Shown here: piece after piece, positions 1 to 10,157 of the stretch
Layout: the number at the start of each line of letters is the position of its first letter
Numbering within the stretch: position 1 is the first letter of the stretch
DNA from: Seison nebaliae
Lineage: Eukaryota
Length of the DNA stretch: 20,000 nt
Direction: 5' to 3'
Assembly (NCBI GenBank): GCA_023231475.1
Contig: JALJEE010000341.1
Coordinates: 44,938-64,937, forward strand
Program-made: the position numbers and the translations under genes
Notes under the pieces: generated by a model
Databases searched by the model: none
Seen by the model: the letters and a program-made list of their open reading frames with translations, nothing else
What the model was told of the DNA's origin: nothing

Positions 1-1797
1 TTCCACTAAAAATGTGCAGTTAGATTTGGAGAGAAGGAAAGTTTATTGTGCAATAAATTCCTTCCAGCTCGAATACCTCCCCGACAAATCGATCACAACA
101 ATAATTTCAAGATAAAACTTCCCGTTTGGATAGAGATGATAATTATTGGGGGGAAATTATATATTTCCTTAATTAATTTATTCAAAAAATGCATTTCAAT
201 GATAATAACGAGAATATTATGTAATTCGATGATAATTAATATTATTGGTAGTGTGAATCTTTCGAACGATGGAGAAGGAAATCCACAATTATTTTTATAG
301 TTCTCACTTATCCAATTTTATTCGAACCAGACAAAAATGTCAATCTCATAAAAATTTGTGAATCGACAAGAATTGTTAATTCAATTATATCAACAACAAC
401 AACATTTTTGGTTATTGAATGAGAAACGACACCTAAATTCTCAACCATCTCCATCTAATAAAAGAGAAGTAACATTGAACAAGGAACAATAAGGATGAGA
501 ACAGTAAAGGAAAAAGACAGAAGATTCTTAAAGTGAAAATATGAAACTGGAAGAAGCTACTTGAAGTCTCTAACTGAAACATTTGATGTTGTTTACATAA
601 ACACCATTCCAAAAACTACCTTTCCATTCATGAAATGTTTGAGAAAATTTTATTCATATCATGTCGTAAATGTCAATAAAACATCAAGGTCCTCACACCA
701 AAAACATATTTTAAGTGGAAATTTAATTTCAGTTGAAAATCCCATTAGAAATATACTTCTCCAACTTTTTTCCACTAATCTATCATGCTGATGAAAATTT
801 CTGATAAAATTATATAACTTCACGAAATGGAACGATATAAGGAATAATGTTGTGGTGGAATAACATAAAACCGATAATTAAAAATTGATTAAAAATGAAA
901 GAGATTAACTTTGTTTTATAGTTTCCTCTCATACCAAAAAAGCGAAAGGATTGACAAACGACTGTTACATTTTTCCTTTTCTTATCATCATGAAACTTAT
1001 GTACATGGAATATTTTTAGGGTTCAACTTCTCCACCATTTACATACTACGGAAGGCGATGATGTAATATCATGTGATATCAATCATCTTTTCATTAAGAA
1101 TTTAGGTATAAAACTATTTTTCATGCAATTTCTTCATTCACATAAAACTTCTTCTTCGACGTTTCGTGCAATTTAATATGAGGAACATTCCATTCGACTG
1201 GAGGAGAATATATCAGTCATAGCAACTATGATGGATGGTGAAGATAAGAATGGAAACATGAAATGGTAGAGAAGTTATTGGAGTAGAAGAAATGAAAATG
1301 AAATATTCATTAACATTGAGTCGACATGATGAGATGAATGTCAGTAGTTCGGAATTAAGGAGAAAGTATCCGCTCGAATTATTAGCGAAAAGAAAATGGA
1401 ATTGAATTTCGAGTCTCTCATCTAATTCGAATTATTCCATAAACTGAGAGGTTGGGAGATATTATGTGGAGACTGAGACATATGCTACATCATCATATTG
1501 AATGTTTACCTCATCAATATGATATTATGTTGAAGAAAGAGGAAATCTTCTTCCATCAGTCCCCTCTAATAATGATGAGAGTGATGATGAGCTTAACCTC
1601 ACACAATTTGGTCTTTGAAAAAAAGTCGGCAAATTCAAACGTACCGCTATCATTACGCTCCTCTTTACTAATTTGAATGATCAATAATTATATAATATTC
1701 TCAGAACTTTCCATCGGTAATGATGAGAATAAGATTCTTTTCAGATTTGTTACAGTTTTCTCAAATTACTGGAATGGTGTTGATAAAAAGTGATAGA

Positions 1798-1823
1798 ATT
1801 AGATGAGATATATCTCATCTAAT
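1798..1823. repeat. Perfect 26-bp palindrome
   Basis: ATTAGATGAGATA|TATCTCATCTAAT; the two arms are exact reverse complements with no spacer. Confidence 0.95.
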
Positions 1824-2648
1824 ATTAAGGAAACTGATAAATATAGAATGGAAAACGAAAAAATCAGTTCGTTCATTTCTTTCCCAACTTTCCAATCGTG
1901 AAAAAATAGAATGTTGAGATAAAATAGAAATTGTGGTTAAATGGAGAATAATCATATTGTTGTTCGACTTCATCAATCATTGATTTTAATATTCGATCGA
2001 TTGAATATTGTCGTTTTCAATTGTAGTTCTGTTCAATGAATGGCATATTCAATTGGTTAGGTGCAACGTATATTGATTGTTGTTCATAAATATGGTGCAG
2101 GTTCAAATGTGACCAGAGACTATTGATATATAGAGATATCGATAAATGTAATTATGAGATGCATGTTTTGTTCTTAACGACACTGCCAATTCCTCTTCTA
2201 CCCTCCCTCCTCCCATAAATAATTCATTGTCTTCCTTAGAGAATCGACACAACAATTTCCAGTCACAACAACGAAACGACTGTCAAAAAAAGCACAAGAT
2301 AATAATTGGAAACGAATAAGAAATTATATTTTCGGAAATTATGAAGGAAAGCAAATGTTAAACATTTCTAATTTTTCATCTATCCACCATTTCTGACGTA
2401 TACTCTTCCTGCCACTTCTCACTTTCTTCAAATCGTATAAATTATGATGGTGGATATAATTGAGAAATATCTCAACCAATTCTTCTCATTATAATCAATC
2501 GATAATTGAGTTCGTTATTCTCTAAAAAATAAATACTCTCCCACCACCAAAAAAAAACGAATAGAAAACAAATAAGCAAATGAAAGTTGATGTGTGGATA
2601 ATGTGTTGTTAATTGAGCAAACAATGTTCGATGTCATCAGGCAGCAGC

Positions 2649-2682
2649 ATCATCATCATCATCATCAACATCTTCATCATTA
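2649..2682. repeat. Imperfect (CAT)n microsatellite
   Basis: atcatcatcatcatcatcaacatcttcatcatt, read directly. Confidence 0.85.
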
Positions 2683-5600
2683 TCGTCAATGAATAAAAAG
2701 TAAACAAATGAAATTTTTTCTTTTCAGCCAAATCAGATTTATTTCTTATCAAGAAAAAAGAAAGTTCTAAAAGAAAAATGATTATTGGCTATTCGAACAA
2801 TAATTCTAAAAAAATGGATGGAACCGATGAAGCGTGTACATGAAATGGAACGTTATTTACGTAAAATTTGACCAGACGAAATTAAAAAAATAAAGTGGAA
2901 TAGAAACGTGATTCATAATATAAACACTATCGTCCATTATCATTCTGAACGGTACGGTCGTCATCTTATCAGTAAATAGTAGTGAATGATTTGAATACAT
3001 AATCTGACGACCTCGATCATCGGAAGAAATGGTTATTCCGAATGAAATGAAGGGAAATCAGTTTGTAAGAATATTTCGATTTAATATTCAAAATGATAAC
3101 TGAACCGCAAATAATTTCCACTAATATCAATGTTATTCACTGGTAATACACAATTGATAGTGATGATAAGCTCTTCCTCATTTCACTCGTATTCACACAT
3201 GTTCGGATGGAGGAGAATGTATTTCTCCTTTATCCACATAAATTCTGTTTCATAGTCTTCCATTCAGTCTTCATCATTCACCAATATCGTCAATGATTGC
3301 TACACTTCCACGTTCGTAAGAGAATCTTGTTCGAGTGAATACATGTTATTCCAACAATTTCAACACTATCTATTCCTTCACTTAATTTGTAACGTCAACT
3401 TGAATAAGTTCGTTCATTTAATCGAAGTAAAAGGTTCTGTTTTCTTTTCTCCGAATGGAGATAATGCGGAAAATCGGGAAACGACCGAACGTGACAAACT
3501 TATCCATTCCATCGAATAAACATATATATTATTATTTAACTCCAAACGAATTATGAAAGAATTTGAAAATTTCAAATGATAAGTAAAGTATTAGGAAACG
3601 GAACATATTCCCAAATTAATACGAATCTACAAAACTGGTTCCTCATCCCCACTTAATATAAGTCAATGAAAATGCTACACACGGACACCGGATATCATAA
3701 ATAATAGCTAATGATATTTAATGGAGAAACGTGAAAGTTTTCTTAATAAGAAATTCTCTTTATTGAAGATCAACTTTATGAGGTTTTTCCGTAAACGAAC
3801 GGGGATCTAAATGTTCTTGTCTTCTGCCTCATAAGTGTGTAGTGGATGAACGAGCAGTTCGATTGAAAGAAGACATATAGAGATGTTAGTAAGAGGAGAG
3901 AAGTACCAGAAGTAGACGTATATTGTTAGTAAACATTTCTTTCCAATTTAAAATGATTTCTCCTTCTCTAACACAGACGACGAAGAAGACGAAGAATTCG
4001 GATTATTTAAAATGGATTTATTCGAAATAAGAAAAAAGTTTGGACGTAGGTCGACAATGAAACGAATATTTTTTTCAATGATACGGAATTGAATCGAATC
4101 AATTACGGTTTGATGTTAATCCATTATTCATCGACATCAAACGGCTCGTAAGTCCTCCCCACAAAAATGAGAAGAAAAGACTCAAAATAAAATTTTAATG
4201 AGCATTCTTCATGATCACGTCAAAGACGATATAAGATCGACTGGTTAACATTAGTCCGTGGAAAATTTCTTTTGAATAATTTTTCTTTTTTTGGATTTGC
4301 ATCCACATTCTATTCAGTGGAAGACAAAAGCTTTTCTGAAAATATTTTCATGAATTTCATGAAAGAACGTGACGATAAATATTCAAGTACTATCTCCTGA
4401 TTGTTGGACGATTGCCTTTCAACACATTTCCACCAAGACATGTCGTTCCAATCGTTGAATTGAATTCATTCGATTCCTACCAGATTCACTTTCTAACCTG
4501 CCAACTATTTATCGGACAAGAAAAAATTAAAAAGATTTATTGTTTGAGTTTGGCTGAATGAAAATGGATAATATGAAAATTAGAAAACTAAACAATGTGT
4601 GTGAAGGGAATAGATGTAACAGATTATTGAGAAGTTTTACTCGTGAGTCTAACAATTCTTCTTTGTTTTGAGAAGGAATCGTAAACATTGTAAAGTTGTT
4701 AGAAAGTAATAGATAATAATAATATCATACAATGGGATGATATGTTGAAAATTTATCATGAAAATGACGACAGGTGTTAATGACAATATGATCATGATGA
4801 TCTCAATAAACTATTCTTTTATTTTATTTGAGAGAGATAAGTATATGATAAAATAAATTGCCCATCACTTCACAAATGTTTGTGCATTGGTAATTGGGAC
4901 GATAAGAATGATTTCAATGAAGTGATGCACCTGATGCCAAAGTAAACAGAAGATTTTAATGAGCACATCCTTCAAACTAAATATCGACTTCCGAAAAGAT
5001 AATAGTGAAAATTTTTCCTTTCTCCTCATCGAAAAGAAGAAAACGGAAATTTGTTTTGAAGAAAACTATTCCGTTGAGTGATTGGATGGAAAGTGATTCT
5101 AATCGTGATTCGGGATAGTCATAAAACAAATTGAGCGTTACTGACAGTGATTAATTAAAGAATGCACAAGAATTTGAGACGGAAGTGATTCATTTGGCGT
5201 GTGTTAAGATACATTATCACACAATCATCAAAAGAACACACATTCCACTCACACATAACATGATCAATTATCTGAGGTAGAATCAAACGAATTTTCGAAC
5301 GAATCGAGAAGAAAAATCGAGGAATTTTACGTATTCCGAATCTATTTGAATGAAATGAAAGAACAGGAATTTTGGTGGAGAAAACGAAAATATTTATGAA
5401 AATTATTATTGTTAGACACATCCCTAAACATCCTGATGCGGTAATAGGAAATAGGAAAAAAAAGTTTTTGTGAATTGAATTCCAACAAAAGAGAATTGCG
5501 CAAACATTCACTTAGAGGGATATGGCCAGAGAACTGCGCTGAATGGATATTGTGCTCATAAATGTATTGCCTTCCGTCACAACTACCGGTATAGTTTATC

Positions 5601-6596
5601 GAGTGCTTATCGACAATTAGCTTAATCGTTTAAACATCTATAAAAAGGAATTGTAATAATCGTCTTCTTCTATTTTGTTTTCCATCGATATCAACAACAA
5701 CTTTCTTGTACTTCATCGATCTCACTCATCGTCAAATGGATTTCGTGTAAATTTGCGAGAATTTCCTACTTTTCGAGAGAAGTCCCTTACGGTCAAACAA
5801 ATGGGATATTCTTAGAGCATATTCGCTATTAGAGTGTGTCGAGGACTGAAATAACTGTATGAATATGGTAAGTAAGTGGGAGAAGAGTGTGGAGAAGTTT
5901 CGGTGAGAAAAAGTGAGTTCGTTTATCAAAATCCTGTATAGTTTTGGTAACTCCAATTCGATAAATGTTATTTGAGGCAAATATTAATCTGTCCATTGCA
6001 ATCAACATCTACATTTGCAGAATTTGTAAGATATTTAAACATTAAATTATTTCCTGATAAATTTACGAAGAAGAAATAATATAGCACGAACTAAACGAGT
6101 TGAAAGCATCAAAATTACAAATCGATTAATCGTCTTACACATTATTGTGGAAGAAGACGCCACACAAAGAACATGATGCCACATATCGATGACACATTAG
6201 ATCACGTTAACTGTCGAACACGCAATCAGATGCATCGACCTTTGTAATTTGAGGTTACTGCTCAAAACCGTTTCCATACCAACTATAGGAAAAATTACAA
6301 AAATTCGAACAAGAATATAATTCAACTAAAAAAGAATTATAAAATATATTTTAAACTTGTAAAATTGTAAGATTGATGAGACTTAATAAATAGAGTCGTG
6401 CGAATGGTGAGCATGTTGGAGAACAGATGTTTATCTTCTTCTGATGATGATGATGGCATCTGAGATTGTGTGAGAGATAATAAGAGAAAGTTTATTTTCT
6501 TTCAAAATAATCCGAATTACTTTCTTTAAAACAATTGTTGTTGTGAAAGAAATGATTCTTTTTATTATTGAAAGGAAAATATTATTTCAATATGAC

Positions 6597-6620
6597 GATG
6601 ATGATGATGATGATGATGAT
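6597..6620. repeat. (GAT)8 microsatellite
   Basis: Perfect GAT repeat, read directly. Confidence 0.9.
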
Positions 6621-6871
6621 TAAACTTTTTGTCAGTACATGAATTACTTACTCACACATTCTCCCAAACAAACAATGACCTCTAATACCATTAAGTCTCG
6701 GAGGCGAGTTTTCTTATGCCACTTTCTCTATTGTTTCTCAGTTAATGAAGGAATCAAATAGAACGTATGCGAATAAAAATGATAATACCAAAAGAAGGAT
6801 TGCGATTAGAACAATGCCAATTGAAACTTCCCATTTCGAAAGAGCACACACTTATAATCATTAACTATATC

Positions 6872-6905
6872 GATTGATTGATTGATTGATTGATCGATTT
6901 GATTG
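6872..6905. repeat. (GATT)5 microsatellite plus degenerate copies
   Basis: gattgattgattgattgatt gatc gattt gattg. Confidence 0.9.
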
Positions 6906-6962
6906 AATCGAAAAAAATGGAGAATGAATAAAAGAAAGAAATGTTTGAATGAATCAGTTATT

Positions 6963-7027
6963 GAGAGTAAGTGAACGAAATTGAACTATCGCCTCTACCT
7001 CAAAGTTTTGTTCGTTCATATACTTTT
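6963..7027 (+). ncRNA. Candidate pre-miRNA hairpin with a miR-375-like 3' arm
   Basis: The 5' arm GAGAGTAAGTGAACGAAATTGAACT (6963-6987) pairs imperfectly with AGTTTTGTTCGTTCATATACTTTT (7004-7027) around a 16-nt loop. The 3' arm carries TTTGTTCGTTC (7007-7017), the 5' end of miR-375. The 3' half of the putative mature sequence does not resemble known miR-375. Confidence 0.3.
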
Positions 7028-7150
7028 TTTAAAAAAAAATGTGAAGGTAAGACGTCCCGCATTGTTTTCTATTGATTTGTCGACAGAATATTAACTGACT
7101 TACAACAAACCATACAACAACTACAATTCTCATCGTTTTGTTTAATTGCA

Positions 7151-7196
7151 TTCTTTTCCTCCTTCTCCTCCTTCTCCTCCTTCTTCTTCCCCTTCT
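7151..7196. repeat. Polypyrimidine (TCC/TTC)n low-complexity tract
   Basis: ttcttttcctccttctcctccttctcctccttcttcttccccttct. Confidence 0.85.
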
Positions 7197-7257
7197 GGGA
7201 GAGATTGGTAGGAGAATGTCAATCGAACGAAGCAGAAAACTGTTCGACCTTCAATTT

Positions 7258-7273
7258 ATCAATCAATCAATCA
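7258..7273. repeat. (ATCA)4 microsatellite, inverted relative to the (GATT)n at 6872
   Basis: atcaatcaatcaatca. Confidence 0.85.
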
Positions 7274-8331
7274 TAATATTAGTAAGATGATTGAAGGAAA
7301 TAGGAAGAATGAAATGTAAATTTTAGAAGAAAAGAATCCATAAATTTCGCGGTGAAAGTTTTATGCATTTCTCAATTTCTCTTGTAACATCCGTTTCATA
7401 CTGTTTCCACTATTATCCATTGAACAAAACAAATTCGAATGAAAAGGAATTCGAAGGAGAGCTTGACTGGTTGTTGCTCATTTCCGAAATATTTCCTTCT
7501 TTCATGTCATCGATGAGGAACTACTACTACTTGGTGGTGAGTATCTTCAAAGTAGAAGAATACATCACCGTCAACTTTCACTAGAATATGGGAAGTGGTT
7601 GGAGAAATGGTTGACATCGAATTTGTTAAAAATAACACAATGAAATTATCGAAGTATTCAAGTTCTCCTCTGATAGCGCCGATTGAGTGAAGATATAGAT
7701 AAGTGTCATCTTATTTCCATACCTTCACCATCACATTGTTTGAACGAATAAATGAATTTAAAAAATAACGAGCAAAAAATGCGAGAAGCGCAATAGCAAT
7801 AAAATTGGATTATATTTCTTTTGAACTCGTTCAAATGAAGGTGCTAAAGATCGGCGTATAAAATTATCGCCGCTACCGGATGCAGTCGTTAAAGACATCT
7901 GGACCAAATGTTTGACTTTATTATCTTCTAATCATCTTATAAATATAAATTGAAATTATTCTTTCTTTTTTTCCTTTTTTTTTTAGAGAAGTTTTTTTTT
8001 AAGAAGTTCAGGAACTCATCGAAGAATTTACTTTTATAGGAAAATAACAAATAAGAAAAAAAAACAAATATTCATCATCATCATCATCTCACTTTCTTTT
8101 TTGACCTGAATAACTGTAATAACTTCACAGTTGGTAGTCCAAGAAAATTACCTCAAATTGAATAATCTTCATAATTAAGTCTTGTGAGTAACATTGTCTA
8201 AAGCGAATTGAAGCAACGAAAGTGTAAGTTCTTTACAAGCATCTGTTGTTATTATTTGCTTCCGTAATCCCTAGAAAAATTTCCTTTGTTTGTTTGAACG
8301 AACTGGTCAAACAACAAACGAATTCGACTTC

Positions 8332-10157
8332 TCATTTTAATCGACTGAATAATCGAATGAGAAATTCTCCATCAAACTGTTCGATGATACTCTCACTCTT
8401 CAGATTGGGGAGTGGAGTCGTTATTTCGAATCGAAAAGTTCGAATAAAATAAATGAGGAATGTTTTGATGGAAATTAATGCGAATTTTGATGCGGGACAT
8501 CTCCTTCGTCCCATTCCGAAATTTCCAATGGAATTATTCTCAAACAATTTTACATTTGGTGAAATTATCGTATTATGATAAATCGATAATTGATTATCCA
8601 ATATTATCGTTTTCGAACATTTACGACTAATTACACTAAAAATTGAATGAAATAAATCTGTTTATTGAAATGAGGAGAACCTGGGCGCTGTTGAATGTTC
8701 TTTCATTGTATCGTTTAAGAAATTATTCAATTCTTCAAATTCATTGACATTCTCATAAGATAATAACTGAAAATCATTAGAATAAATCATCCATTAAATT
8801 TAAATCGAAAACATTTTGTTTATTAAATTTCTGTAGAATGAGTTGGAATAATTCTTCTTGTTTCTTTTCATTTTTACATAGACGATAAATGGAAAATGTC
8901 AATAAACTTCCACTTGTCTCATAACCAGCGATGAGACAAAAAGCCAAATTCGATTTAATCGATGTGAAATGATATCGTTTCTTTATCATTTCTGTTAACA
9001 GATCATTCGGTGCCTCACCTGATCGAATCAATTCACAACGTTCATTGATTAGTTGATGAAGATTAGAATCTGGAAAAAAATTCTAAAAATTAAATTTAAA
9101 AATAATTTAAAAACTTTTTATGTTACTGGAAATGAAGGTAAGAAAGTCTAATATGGGAAGGACGAATAAATATTGAAGAATTGGGAATATATCTGACAAA
9201 TTTTTATTAAAAATTAAATTAAAAACATAAAAAAATCAAACTTAATAGACAAGTAAAGAAATTGGAAAGTTTCGTAAGTTCATTAGCGAATTGATGTAAT
9301 TTGTCGAATGAACTGTCACGTTTCTGAAAATGTTGAGTCAAATAAGAATAATTCTTTTTACTTTGAATGAAGTCCTCGATGACATCGAATGAGAAAATTT
9401 GAGAAATTCTGATGGAAAGAAATTGTGAGAGAAATTATTGGAAAAATTCACTTTTGTATATCGATCAATTCCTCCGAATTTTTCTCTAATAAATTGATTA
9501 ATAAAATTCTCATATATTTCTCCGTGATTCGTTTTTCATTCTATAATTTTTTTTTTAAATTACCAAATCGGAAAATTATTCAAACAAATCTCTTTTTATT
9601 AAAGAACATCGTTCTCGCAATATCTCCTCGCCACAATTGCCAATTGTGATAATTGGAGGAGAAGATATTGGAATAATAAGAATTCTTCAAATAATCACTA
9701 ATGCCAATTGACTGGAATTGAAATGAGAATTGAAATGAGAATTTCAACATTAAAAAAATGGAAACTTTTCTGTGAAAACAATTTTGAAAATTTCCAACAA
9801 ATAATTTTTCGATAGTTTGTTTATCGTCTAAAATTAGTATAAATTGATAACCATCAAGATATCTGAAAAAGTAAATGATGGAAAAAATGATGAAAAATGA
9901 AACTGACCCGAATTTTTCTCCATAACATTCACTCCATTGTCGAATGGAATTCTTATAACCGAATCGTATTAGATGGAATGTGGAGCCGATAAACGGTAAA
10001 GGAAATGGTCCAGATATTTTGTGAAATTTTAATAAGAATTTCCATCTAAAAAATGTAGAAAATTCAATTTAATTGAGTTGAAATTGATGAATCGAAACCT
10101 GATGTAATAGAATGTGAGATAAGTGATGGTAATTAATGATAATAATATGGTGAACAT
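8332..10157 (-). CDS. Cytochrome P450 (clan 3-like, atypical), 10 exons, ~462 aa
   Basis: Hand-spliced exons 10157-10099, 10045-9908, 9862-9766, 9711-9586, 9540-9452, 9408-9242, 9192-9127, 9069-8813, 8766-8681 and 8635-8332 total 1389 nt in one open frame, with nine GT-AG introns of 43-57 nt. Motifs: N-terminal anchor MFTILLSLITITYLTFYYIR, proline hinge GPFPLPFIG, YGEKFGYLDGYQFILILDD (resembles the CYP3 beta1 region), I-helix AGYETS, heme loop FGMGRRRCPA. The clan is inferred from motif resemblance only. Confidence 0.93.

Noticed and set aside
1020..1061. Frame ending ...PPFTYYGRR* resembling an amidated neuropeptide
   Set aside because: I found no signal-peptide exon or repeated peptide copies, and a single GRR* is expected by chance.
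4318..4340. TGGAAGAC (miR-7 5' end) on +
   Set aside because: There is no complementary arm nearby and no similarity beyond 8 nt.
5273..5349. TGAGGTAG (let-7 5' end) on + as a possible let-7 precursor
   Set aside because: The sequence after the seed is unlike let-7, and the best fold I can draw has a large central internal loop.
6961..7003. Minus-strand TGAGGTAGAGGCGATAGTT as a let-7 family gene
   Set aside because: The fold-back on - is only ~42 nt and the putative mature sequence runs through the loop. It is better read as a complementary site on +.
46..7584. Short ORFs in the track (46-300, 561-791, 1452-1676, 5155-5511, 5732-5980, 7363-7584)
   Set aside because: Most start at TTG or GTG, have the I/F/N/K-rich composition of translated AT-rich non-coding DNA, show no motifs and could not be joined by splicing.
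1..8330. Alternative genetic code (stop reassignment) hiding a gene in the desert
   Set aside because: Neighbouring genes end at TAA and TGA and have long stop-free frames under the standard code. Reading through stops in the segments I sampled gave nothing protein-like.
9715..9743. 12-bp tandem duplication (GAATTGAAATGA x2) in CYP intron 3
   Set aside because: It looks like an ordinary slippage duplication with no coding effect.
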